64,000 nt of DNA from Patescibacteria group bacterium (GTDB taxonomy: Bacteria > Patescibacteriota > Microgenomatia > UBA8517). The stretch covers positions 184,515 through 248,514 of the forward strand of contig JBBTZT010000003.1 in assembly GCA_038061225.1 (NCBI GenBank). The letters run 5' to 3'. The notes beneath the pieces were generated by a model. The model was not told the DNA's origin. It was given only the letters and a program-made list of their open reading frames with translations, and searched no databases. This document shows positions 49,879 through 58,913 of the stretch, piece after piece (the first letter of the stretch is position 1; each line of letters opens with the position of its first letter). A program made the translations under genes and the position numbers.

Positions 49879-51776
49879 TTCAATTTGATTCAAGAAAAAT
49901 CAAAAAAGGTGACACTTTTGTAGCCATTAAAGGTCTGACTGTTGATGGTCACAATTATATTGAAGATGCAAAAAAAAGAGGGGCAGTTAAAATATATGAT
50001 CAAGGTGATACAAAACAGATTCTTGGTAAACTTGCTTCCGAGTATTATAAAAATCCAAGCTCAAAATTAAAAATAGTTGGAGTTACAGGTACGAAGGGAA
50101 AAACCACAACTTGTCATCTGATTCATCATATATTGACTCAAAACGGTAAAAAAACAGGACTCATATCAACAATCTCTGTTGATGGTTTTCATACCACTAC
50201 TCCTGATGTTGTGACTTTAAATAAAACTCTTGCTAAGATGGTTAATCAGGGTTATGAATATGTAGTTTTGGAGGTTAGCTCACATGGTATCGATCAAGGA
50301 AGAATTGCTGGTATCAAATTTGATATTTCGGTTCTAACAAATATAGCTCCAGAACATTTAGATTATCACAAAACATTTAAAGAATATAAACGTGTCAAAA
50401 TGATGTTTGTTAATTCAGCAAAATACAGAGTATTTAGTCCAAAAACTACTGATTTAAAAATTCTTAAAGGCGATTTTAACAACATAAATGCAGAAACAGC
50501 AATAGAAGTATGCAAGGAGTTGGGAATTAGTAAAGAAGAGTCTTTAAAAGTTTTAAAAAGTTTTAAACTTCCAAGTGGTAGGTTAGAAGAAATTAAAAAC
50601 AATCTAGGTTTCAGGATTTTTGTAGATTTTGCTCATACTCCAGATTCTTTAGAAGCTGTTCTTAAATATCTAAGAACTATAACTAAAGGTAGATTAATTT
50701 CTGTTTTTGGATGCGCGGGCGAAAGAGATCCAAGAAAAAGATCAAAAATGGGAAGAATCTCAACTAATTTAACAGATCTGTCTATTTTTACAGCAGAAGA
50801 TCCTAGAACTGAAAATATTTTAAAAATATTAAATCAAATGAAAAGAGGAGCTGTCAATAAAAAATATCTATCTATTCCAGAACGAGGGGAAGCTATTTCA
50901 TATGCCTTATCTGTTGCTCAAAACGGTGATATTATTGGTGTTTTTGGAAAAGGACATGAGAAAAGTATGTGTTTTGAAAATTATGAACATCCTTGGAGTG
51001 ATTATGATTTTATAATGAATCAAATTAATGGTTATAAAAATTTGACAGGAGTAATACTTGCTGGTGGAAGAGGGGCTAGGATGCACTCTAGTTTACCTAA
51101 AATTTTACATGCAATATCTGGTCGTCCAATGATTTCATTTTCCTTAGAAAATTTAAGAAATGCAGGAATAAAAAATATTGTTACTGTTTTTGGATATAAA
51201 AGGAATATAATTTTAAAAAGACTTTCTAAAAATATTAATTTTGCTATTCAACCAAAACCCTTGGGAACAGGAAATGCTGTATTAAATGCTTTTCCTAAAA
51301 TACCCAAAAAAACTAGTATGTTACTTGTAATAAACGGAGACGATAGTGCTTTTTATACACCTAAGACTATTAAAAATGTGATTGAACTTCATAAGAATAA
51401 TAATTCGATTTTGACTTTTGTTAGTCTTATACAGAAAAACCCAGCAGGTCTAGGAAGAGTTATCAGAGACATAAATGGTAAATTGTTAGGAATTGTAGAA
51501 GAAAAAAACGCAACAGAAAAACAGAAAAATATAAAAGAAGTAAATGATGGTTTATATGTTTTTAATTACAAATGGTTACAAAAAAATATTTTTAGAATTA
51601 AAAAAAATAGTGTTTCAAGCGAATATTATTTACCTGATTTAATCAAAATTGCTCTTAAAAATAAGGAAAAAGTCTCAGTTTATAAACTTCCTGATTCGTC
51701 GGAATGGCAGGGAATAAATACACCTGAACAACTTATAGAAGCTGAAAAAAAGATGCAAAAAAAACTTCAAAAATGA
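49875..51776 (+). CDS. murE: Fusion protein: MurE (UDP-MurNAc-L-Ala-D-Glu:diamino-acid ligase), residues about 1-385, plus a GlmU-type N-terminal sugar-1-phosphate uridyltransferase domain, residues about 390-633.
   Basis: Mur ligase part: IVGVTGTKGKTTT, EVSSHG, NIAPEHLDYH, VFGCAGERD, AEDPRTE, GKGHE. C-terminal part: GVILAGGRGARMHSSLPKILH...QPKPLGTGNAV...INGDD...EYYLPD. No hexapeptide acetyltransferase domain follows. Confidence 0.75.
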   Translation: MIQFDSRKIKKGDTFVAIKGLTVDGHNYIEDAKKRGAVKIYDQGDTKQILGKLASEYYKNPSSKLKIVGVTGTKGKTTTCHLIHHILTQNGKKTGLISTISVDGFHTTTPDVVTLNKTLAKMVNQGYEYVVLEVSSHGIDQGRIAGIKFDISVLTNIAPEHLDYHKTFKEYKRVKMMFVNSAKYRVFSPKTTDLKILKGDFNNINAETAIEVCKELGISKEESLKVLKSFKLPSGRLEEIKNNLGFRIFVDFAHTPDSLEAVLKYLRTITKGRLISVFGCAGERDPRKRSKMGRISTNLTDLSIFTAEDPRTENILKILNQMKRGAVNKKYLSIPERGEAISYALSVAQNGDIIGVFGKGHEKSMCFENYEHPWSDYDFIMNQINGYKNLTGVILAGGRGARMHSSLPKILHAISGRPMISFSLENLRNAGIKNIVTVFGYKRNIILKRLSKNINFAIQPKPLGTGNAVLNAFPKIPKKTSMLLVINGDDSAFYTPKTIKNVIELHKNNNSILTFVSLIQKNPAGLGRVIRDINGKLLGIVEEKNATEKQKNIKEVNDGLYVFNYKWLQKNIFRIKKNSVSSEYYLPDLIKIALKNKEKVSVYKLPDSSEWQGINTPEQLIEAEKKMQKKLQK

Positions 51777-52774
51777 GATATTATAGTCAAAAAATAGTTA
51801 CATTAGGTGGAGGAACAGGACAGTTTCATCTTCTTTCAGGTCTTCGTGAGCTTAATAATAATAGCCAAATTACTGCAGTAGCTGGCACTTGGGATAGTGG
51901 GGGAAGCTCGGGAAGGCTAAGAACTGAACTTGGAGTATTACCACCTGGAGATATTAGGCGTTGTTTGTTAGCGCTTATGGAGAGTGATAAACAACGAATG
52001 GTAGCTCAGACGCTTTTTGATGACAGGCTCGAAGATTTATCAAGTCCCTTTAAAGGACACTCTTTTGGTAATTTATTAACAGCAAGACTAGAAAATATCT
52101 ACAAAGGACAAGATCGTGGTGTGGATGCAGAAAGAGAACTTTTTAGAGTAAGAGCTAAGGTTATGCCTGTAAGTATTACAAATCTTCAATTAATAGCAGA
52201 AACATCAAAAGGAAATAAAATAGAAGGCGAGACAAACATAGATTTAAGAATTAAAGATAAAAATTATGATAAGGACGATAAAATTATTAGGATTTATTTT
52301 GATACAAGAGCTGATGTTAACCCAAAGATATTAGCAGAAATTAAAAATGCAGAAAAAATTGTCTTTTCTTCTGGTGATCTTTATACAAGTGTATTACCCC
52401 ATTTATTAGTTGATGGCGTTCGTGAAGCTATTGTTAAATCAAAAGCAAAACTTATATATGTTCTAAATTTGGCAACAAAACCCGGAGAAACTGATAAATA
52501 TAAAGCTTCTGATTTCTTGAAAGCTTTTTCTTTTTATCTCGACACACCAAATAGACTTGATGTGATGTTGGTTAATGATAATCACCTTGATTCAGAGATT
52601 CTTAAAATTTACAAAGACGAAGGACAGAACTTAGTTGAAATAGATGAAGATAAAGTAAAAGAAATGGAACCGAATTTAAAAATAGTTAAGAAACCTGTAT
52701 CAATTTATCTTAAAAAAGAACACCTACTTCGTCACGATTCAGAAAAACTAGCCGAAGCTATTTTAGAGATATAG
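51773..52774 (+). CDS. YvcK/GlmR (UPF0052, CofD-like) family protein.
   Basis: TLGGGTGQFHLLSGL...GTWDSGGSSGRLRTELGVLPPGDIRRCL. Confidence 0.8.
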   Translation: MRYYSQKIVTLGGGTGQFHLLSGLRELNNNSQITAVAGTWDSGGSSGRLRTELGVLPPGDIRRCLLALMESDKQRMVAQTLFDDRLEDLSSPFKGHSFGNLLTARLENIYKGQDRGVDAERELFRVRAKVMPVSITNLQLIAETSKGNKIEGETNIDLRIKDKNYDKDDKIIRIYFDTRADVNPKILAEIKNAEKIVFSSGDLYTSVLPHLLVDGVREAIVKSKAKLIYVLNLATKPGETDKYKASDFLKAFSFYLDTPNRLDVMLVNDNHLDSEILKIYKDEGQNLVEIDEDKVKEMEPNLKIVKKPVSIYLKKEHLLRHDSEKLAEAILEI

Positions 52775-52776
52775 AT

Positions 52777-53127
52777 TTAAACTTTGCTATTTAATGTCTG
52801 TTGCATCATATCTCGAGTATTCATGATTATTTGATTTATTCCATTATATGTTATTGCATCAGCTTGAATTGGTTCCAATACATCAATTTCGAAACCACTT
52901 TTCGAATTAAAAAATTGTGTCACGGGCAAGATAGGGATATTGAGATTTTTAGCAACCACAAAAGCTCCTTTGTGAAAGATGTCAAGGTCATATGGTCCAC
53001 CTTCATTGCGTTTTCCAGAAGTTCCTCCCTCGGGGTACATAACCACAGCCGATTTATGATCAATCATCAGTCTGTTAACATCGTCAATTAGTTTCTGAGT
53101 TCTATTTTGTCCATCAGCTGAAACCAT
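52777..53127 (-). pseudogene. C-terminal remnant of a PlsC-type acyltransferase; the N-terminal HX4D block is missing.
   Basis: YPEGGTSG is block III and PILPV block IV, but the ORF is only 116 aa and an in-frame TAA lies immediately upstream of the first Met. Confidence 0.4.
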
Positions 53128-53276
53128 TACAACTCCACAGCTTTTTTAAATCTTAGACAAAACTCTGGGTAACTCTATTGCTGATTCATGTATCTCCATG
53201 TTCAGTGCTCTAGAAATGGTCGAGAGAGACATATGTCTAATCGGAAAGGGTTCGTACTCTGTCATTGGATTGTCTT

Positions 53277-53486
53277 CTATCTTTGGCCCGAGGTTATTTT
53301 GGCCATACTCAATTCAGCCAATTCCTTGATTATCTGTTTATAATTTTTCTTGATTGTCGCTGTGTCCTCAGGATTTGAAATTGCTTCGTTAAAAAATGAT
53401 TGAAGTAATCTTGTAGACTGTTTTTCTAAAGGGTCTGAGTCTTTAGGTTGTCTGTTAAATGATGCGTTCATGCTTGTTTCGGTCAT
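53277..53486 (-). CDS. Hypothetical small protein.
   Basis: 69-aa ORF in a locally higher-GC segment, overlapping the upstream ORF by 4 nt. Confidence 0.2.
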   Translation of the reverse strand: MTETSMNASFNRQPKDSDPLEKQSTRLLQSFFNEAISNPEDTATIKKNYKQIIKELAELSMAKITSGQR

Positions 53487-53791
53487 TTTACTTGTTTTAC
53501 ATGTTTAAAAAGACTAAAGATTGGAAACGCTGTTGACTTTGGTCCTATATGTTGTGGTATTCCTGGTGCTGGCACAGGATTTATTATATCACCTTCCATT
53601 GTCTCAATTGCATAATGAACACCATCACCTTCTGTAGCTTCTGGAAAAGCAATAATACTTACAGAGTTTCCCCCAAACTCTTGTCTTAAGGTGTTGGCTA
53701 GTTTTGCAGACGAATTCCTGCAGTTATTTGCATCAGTAAGTGAATCGTCTAACAGTATTAACTCTCTGGCTCTTTCTAGAATACGTGACAT
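53483..53791 (-). CDS. Hypothetical small protein.
   Basis: 102-aa ORF in the same higher-GC segment; no recognised motif. Confidence 0.25.
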   Translation of the reverse strand: MSRILERARELILLDDSLTDANNCRNSSAKLANTLRQEFGGNSVSIIAFPEATEGDGVHYAIETMEGDIINPVPAPGIPQHIGPKSTAFPIFSLFKHVKQVK

Positions 53792-53800
53792 GATGATATT

Positions 53801-55570
53801 TTACTTTACTGTCACGCTTTTAGCCAGATTACGTGGTTTGTCTGGATCTGCACCTCGACTAACGCCTAAATAATATCCCAAAAGTTGACCTGCAATTATA
53901 TTCCCAAAAATTGTTAACTCTCCCATATCAGGAGTTTTAATTAGGTCATCAAATTCGGGAGATTCAAATGGAGATATTCCAATAATCTCACCACCCCTTG
54001 CCTTTAATTCGGATGCACTTGATAGTACTTCATTTTTTACCTCGTCATTACTTGCAAGTACAAAACATGGGGTACCTTTTTGAATTAGTGTTATTACTCC
54101 GTGTTTTAATTCTCCGGCTGTAAAACTTTCGGCATGAATATATGAAGTCTCTTTTATTTTTAGTCCAAATTCTAATGCTGCAGGATAGTTTAAATTTTTA
54201 CCAATTACATACATATGTTCATTGTGCTCAATTTTTTTAATAAGTTTGATAATGTTTTCAGATAATTCATTCCCCAGCCATTTACTAAGTTTATTCGATA
54301 ATTTTTGGATATTCTTCTTAGCTTGAAGATACTTTCCTTCAGATGCTTTTGATAACAAATAGAGTGTTGCGAGCTGAGAAGTAAGAGCCTTAGTAGAAAC
54401 AACAGCTATTTCTGGTCCTGCACCAATCGGAATAATTAAATCAACCAGTCTTTCCATTGTTGACCCCCTACTATTAACAATCGCAGCAGTTCTGACCCCG
54501 TATTTTATTGCTTCCTTTAATGCAATTAAAGTATCTGCAGTTTCACCTGATTGGGATATTCCGATGACAACTGAATTTTTATCACAAAATTTAGCAAATG
54601 GTTTAAATTCATATGCACCATATATTTCAGTTTGTATACCTGATTGTGCAAAAAGATATTTTCCAAATTGGGCACAATATGCAGCAGTTCCACAACCAAT
54701 TAATATAACTTTTTTACTTTCCTTAATGATTTTTGCCAATTTTTTAATTGCATCTTTATTTATAAGAGATGACTTTAATATTGTTTTTGGTTGTTCGAAA
54801 ATTTCTTTTAGTAAAAAATGAGGATATCCATTTTTTTCTGCATCTTCTAACTGCCAATCTAAAGTCTTAATTTTTGCATTTATTTGTTTTCCTGTTTTGA
54901 TGTTAAATATCTCAATACCGTCTTTTGTGATTTCTGCCCCCTCTCCATCTTCTAGAAAATGAACTTTGTTGGTGTATTTTAAAAATGCGGGTACATCGCT
55001 TGCTAGAAAATACTGTTTTTTTATTTCGTCAAATCCAACTACTAGAGGGGAACCGTTTCTGCAAGCAATTATACTTTGAGAATTTTTATCTAGTGCACAG
55101 ATTGCATTTGAACCATTTAGAGACATAAACACATCAAAAGTGGCTTGCCTAATTCCTTTTGTCTTTAACTCGTCTTCGATAAGATGACTTACTACTTCTG
55201 TATCTGTCTCTGACTTGTATGCATGATTATTTTTTGATAGCTTCAGTTTCAATTCATGGTAGTTTTCAATTATTCCATTATGGATTACAGCTATTTGGTT
55301 TTTACAGTCGAGATGAGGGTGGGCATTTTCATCAGTTATACCGCCATGTGTTGCCCATCGTGTATGAGCAAGAGCTATGTTTGTTTTTGTTATCTTTGAT
55401 AGTTTTGAAGAACCAATTTTACCTGTGTGTTTTTCTATTTTTAAAACTTGTTTATCGATATAGGAAATACCCCAGCTATCATAGCCACGATATTCGAGAA
55501 GTTTTAATCCCTCAAACACAATTTCGGGAGCGTCTGTACGCTTACCTATATAGGCGAAAATTCCACACAT
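53801..55570 (-). CDS. glmS: Glutamine--fructose-6-phosphate aminotransferase (glucosamine-6-phosphate synthase).
   Basis: MCGIFAYIG with the Ntn Cys2; two SIS domains; C-terminal KSVTVK; 589 aa. Confidence 0.9.
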   Translation of the reverse strand: MCGIFAYIGKRTDAPEIVFEGLKLLEYRGYDSWGISYIDKQVLKIEKHTGKIGSSKLSKITKTNIALAHTRWATHGGITDENAHPHLDCKNQIAVIHNGIIENYHELKLKLSKNNHAYKSETDTEVVSHLIEDELKTKGIRQATFDVFMSLNGSNAICALDKNSQSIIACRNGSPLVVGFDEIKKQYFLASDVPAFLKYTNKVHFLEDGEGAEITKDGIEIFNIKTGKQINAKIKTLDWQLEDAEKNGYPHFLLKEIFEQPKTILKSSLINKDAIKKLAKIIKESKKVILIGCGTAAYCAQFGKYLFAQSGIQTEIYGAYEFKPFAKFCDKNSVVIGISQSGETADTLIALKEAIKYGVRTAAIVNSRGSTMERLVDLIIPIGAGPEIAVVSTKALTSQLATLYLLSKASEGKYLQAKKNIQKLSNKLSKWLGNELSENIIKLIKKIEHNEHMYVIGKNLNYPAALEFGLKIKETSYIHAESFTAGELKHGVITLIQKGTPCFVLASNDEVKNEVLSSASELKARGGEIIGISPFESPEFDDLIKTPDMGELTIFGNIIAGQLLGYYLGVSRGADPDKPRNLAKSVTVK

Positions 55571-55579
55571 AATATTTTT

Positions 55580-55750
55580 AATTGTAGAAAGATTAAATGA
55601 AGAAAATTGATTTTAATCCCTTTTCAGAAATAAATTACGATATCAACATATCGGTAGGCATCCGCAGATTATTCGATGTTGTCGAATTTCGATAAACCTA
55701 CTCCTCGTACACCAACCTTGTTAAAACTTAGCTGAGCCACACGCTATCAA
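55580..55750 (-). ncRNA. glmS ribozyme: Candidate glmS ribozyme (GlcN6P-responsive self-cleaving riboswitch) in the glmS 5' leader.
   Basis: The minus strand reads ACGAGGAGUAGGUUUAUCGAAAUUCG...GCGGAUGCCUACCG-(hairpin CGAUAU/GUUG/AUAUCG)-UAA. This parallels the Bacillus core GACGAGGAUGGAGGUUAUCGAAUUUUCGGCGGAUGCCUCCCGG...CGUAAGG. P2 shows a compensatory change, GUAGG/CCUAC versus GGAGG/CCUCC. Confidence 0.55.
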
Positions 55751-55794
55751 ATTTTTAAAGTTTCTTCACTTTTTTCTGTTAATCTTTGTCTATC

Positions 55795-56547
55795 TTATTC
55801 TACTTGTTTGGCAGCAGCTTTGTCAATAAAAATTATTGTACTATTTCCAACATCTTCTTTTTTGAGGTATGATGCCGGATTTAAAGGAGATATGGAGTTA
55901 TGTAGTGCATCTGCAAGAATTTTTCCTTTCTCTGGACCGTACAATATCACGATTCTCTCTTCAGTTTCACCGATATTAGCTAAACCTTGTGTTATGGCTG
56001 TAGGAGGTGTGTCTTGTTTTCTTTCGATGGTATCTCTTTCAAAAGTTACTCGTGATAGCTGTTGAAAATGAGTACGCATGGTAAAAATATCGAAATCATT
56101 ACTGCTTTCTGTAAATCCTAAATGCCCTCCTGGACCTACTCCTAAGATACAAACACTTATATTTTTAACTAGTTTGTCATATCTATCTGCTTCTGCGTAT
56201 GGATTTTTAGCTAAACCATCAATCGTTGCAATATTTCTTCGGTTTATGTTTAACGGTTTAAAAATACGATCGTAAAGAAATTGTGGAAAACTAAATTCAC
56301 CATTATTAGGATATTGCCAGTATTGGTCAAGATGACGAGCTAAAATTCTACTAAAGTCGACACCAGTAAGTTTAAAATTTTTAGCAAAAGGGATCATTGT
56401 GTCACCTGTTGCGAATGTTACAGGAATATCTGGATTCTTTTGCACTTTATTTGCAAAATACTCTGCTGCACCTTTTGCTGTTAAATTCTCATCTGGATAA
56501 ACACGAATTTCGTGTATGTTAGGGTGAGAAATTCGTTCAAATTCCAT
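55795..56547 (-). CDS. nagB: Glucosamine-6-phosphate deaminase (NagB/6-phosphogluconolactonase family).
   Basis: TFATGDTMIPF...ILGVGPGGHLGFTES; 250 aa; lies directly upstream of glmS on the same strand. Confidence 0.75.
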   Translation of the reverse strand: MEFERISHPNIHEIRVYPDENLTAKGAAEYFANKVQKNPDIPVTFATGDTMIPFAKNFKLTGVDFSRILARHLDQYWQYPNNGEFSFPQFLYDRIFKPLNINRRNIATIDGLAKNPYAEADRYDKLVKNISVCILGVGPGGHLGFTESSNDFDIFTMRTHFQQLSRVTFERDTIERKQDTPPTAITQGLANIGETEERIVILYGPEKGKILADALHNSISPLNPASYLKKEDVGNSTIIFIDKAAAKQVE

Positions 56548-56834
56548 TTAATTAATCAATGTCTTCGTCTGTGCTGGCTGCACCCGGTTGTGCGATTGGG
56601 GATGCTGTATTTCTTTATGCTGCTTTTAGATAGTCTCTGGTTGTTTGATTAAGTTCATTTGTTTTAATTCTATCTAAATCAGGTAAACCTTTTGTGTTAA
56701 GAAGGTTAGCTTTCTTATAATCGCTAGTGACCTCTTCTTGTCTTTTATCAAAATCTGGTGACATTTGTGTGAATAATATTACTATAAGTACTAATTGTCA
56801 AATTTTTAAAAAATTGACGTATAATATAACAAAC

Positions 56835-58913
56835 ATGAAAAAAATACATATGATGGGGATTTCGGGTAGTGGTATGAGTGGGGTGGCTTCACTTGCTTCT
56901 AAAATGGGATATACGGTCACAGGTTGTGATTTAAAAACAGGTGGACATAATAAGAAGCATTTAAATGACATTGATTTATTAATAGTATCTCCTGCCGTTT
57001 TATATCAGTCTAAAGATGAGCCGGAGTTACTTATTGCTAAAAAGAAAAAGATTGTTATGACTTGGGAGGAATTTGTGGGTAAGTTTTTAATGAAAAATAA
57101 GTTTGTAATAGCAATTGCTGGGACTCACGGTAAATCAACAACTACGGCTATGATTGGAAAAATGATGATAGATAACGGGTTTGATCCAACCGTGTTAATT
57201 GGTGCAAAAATACCTGAATGGAATGGAAATAGTAGATATGGGAAGAGTAAATATTTTGTCATAGAAGCTGATGAATTTAATGATAATTTCCTACATTATA
57301 AACCTGAGATTGCTATTGTAAACAATATTGAGTTTGATCATCCAGATTATTTTAAAAATAAAAAACAATTTAAAGATAGTTTTGACAAATTTATAAAACA
57401 ACTTGTTGGTGAAAAAATATTAATTAGTGAAAAAGATAGTTTAAATAAAAAATTTAAATTAAAAGTTTTTGGTAAACACAACCAAAAAAATGCCAATATG
57501 GCTTATTTATTGGGTAAGAGATTGGGAATTAGTGATCAGAAGATTATAAAATCATTAGAAAATTTTAATGGTATAGGAAGAAGAATGGAAGAGATATCAG
57601 ATAATATTTTTGATGATTATGCCCATCATCCAACAGCCATTAAAACCACGCTTCAAGGTTTGCGAAAAAAATATCCAACTAAAAAAATATTAGCGATTAT
57701 AGAACCCCATGGGTATAAACGCACAAAAGCACTTCTCAATTTATATGATGGAGTATTTGACTCAGTTGATAAAGTTATAATCGGGCCAATTTATAAGGCA
57801 AGGGACGAAATTGATAAAACAATATCTTCTGAGATGGTTGCAAAAGCATCAAATCATCCAAACGCTAAAGTGACAAATGACGTTGCAAATATATCAAAAA
57901 ACAACAACGATATTGTAATTTTTATGGGTGCTGGAAATAGTAATCAATGGGCTTTAAATTTTGTAAATAATAACATTTCATTTAAAGATTTGACTACTTT
58001 AAAAATAGGAGGGAAGATAAAATATTTTTTTGAAGTAAAAAATAAAAAAGAATTAGTTCAGAAAGTTAATTTTGCGAAGAAAAATAAATTAGCAATAATC
58101 ATACTTGGTGAGGGAAGTGATATTTTAGCAGGAGATAGAGATTTTAGTGGAGTAGTTATCAAATATGTAAATAATAAATTACAAATAATAAATAATAAGG
58201 TGGTTGCGGGTGCGGGGATGATTTGGGATGATTTGGTAAAAGAAACAGTTGATAAAAATTTCTCAGGAATTGAGTGTTTATCGGGTATTCCTGGAACAGT
58301 AGGAGCAGCTCCAATACAAAACATTGGGGCTTATGGACAAGAACTCTCAGACACCTTTGTCAATTTGACTGCTTACGATATTGAAAATAAAAAATTTACT
58401 GAATTTAATAAAGATGATTGCCATTTTGGTTATAGAAAAAGTATTTTTAAAGATAAAAAATATTGGCAGAAATTTATTATCACTGATGTAGTATTTTTAT
58501 TAAATAAGAACAAAAATTTAGACTTAAATAAAATTCGGCAAGATATTTTAAAAATAAGAGCTGAAAAATTAGAAAATCCTAAAGATATACCAAATGCTGG
58601 ATCATTTTTTATTAATCCTTTTGTCAATCTTAAAACAAAAGAAAGATTAGAAAAAAAATATCCAGATATGAAATTTTATATTATAGGTGATAAGTTTAAG
58701 ATCTCTGCAGGGTATTTGATAGAAAAAACTGGTTGGAAAGGAAAAAGCTTAGGTCCTGTCAAGGTTTCTGATAAACATGCTTTAATTTTGACAAACCCGG
58801 AAGGGCGAGGAAATTTCAATGATATCAAAAAATTAGCATATGCAATAACTGGTGCTGTCTATAAAAAATTTGGTTTAAAACTTGAGCCTGAAGTACAATA
58901 TATAAATATATGA
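56835..58913 (+). CDS. murC: Bifunctional MurC-MurB fusion: UDP-MurNAc--L-alanine ligase joined to UDP-N-acetylenolpyruvoylglucosamine reductase.
   Basis: N-terminal MMGISGSGMSGVA...AIAGTHGKSTTTAMI...IEADEFNDNF is MurC. The C-terminal 280 aa, LKIGGKIKYFFEV..., GIECLSGIPGTVGAAPIQNIGAYGQE and GYRKS, match the MurB FAD-binding and substrate domains. The start is taken at ATG 56835 (MKKIHMMGISG). Confidence 0.85.
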   Translation: MKKIHMMGISGSGMSGVASLASKMGYTVTGCDLKTGGHNKKHLNDIDLLIVSPAVLYQSKDEPELLIAKKKKIVMTWEEFVGKFLMKNKFVIAIAGTHGKSTTTAMIGKMMIDNGFDPTVLIGAKIPEWNGNSRYGKSKYFVIEADEFNDNFLHYKPEIAIVNNIEFDHPDYFKNKKQFKDSFDKFIKQLVGEKILISEKDSLNKKFKLKVFGKHNQKNANMAYLLGKRLGISDQKIIKSLENFNGIGRRMEEISDNIFDDYAHHPTAIKTTLQGLRKKYPTKKILAIIEPHGYKRTKALLNLYDGVFDSVDKVIIGPIYKARDEIDKTISSEMVAKASNHPNAKVTNDVANISKNNNDIVIFMGAGNSNQWALNFVNNNISFKDLTTLKIGGKIKYFFEVKNKKELVQKVNFAKKNKLAIIILGEGSDILAGDRDFSGVVIKYVNNKLQIINNKVVAGAGMIWDDLVKETVDKNFSGIECLSGIPGTVGAAPIQNIGAYGQELSDTFVNLTAYDIENKKFTEFNKDDCHFGYRKSIFKDKKYWQKFIITDVVFLLNKNKNLDLNKIRQDILKIRAEKLENPKDIPNAGSFFINPFVNLKTKERLEKKYPDMKFYIIGDKFKISAGYLIEKTGWKGKSLGPVKVSDKHALILTNPEGRGNFNDIKKLAYAITGAVYKKFGLKLEPEVQYINI

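Noticed and set aside
56548-56620. GC-rich segment upstream of nagB examined as a possible tRNA or other structured RNA.
   Set aside because: No cloverleaf arms, no GTTCRANYC T-loop, and no convincing long inverted repeat could be traced by eye. It is retained only as a spacer of unknown function.
56796-56824. TTGTCA ... TATAAT upstream of murC-murB considered as a promoter feature.
   Set aside because: The spacer is 19 nt, and a second TTGACG directly abuts the TATAAT. In 70% AT DNA such hexamers arise by chance, so it is not listed as a feature.
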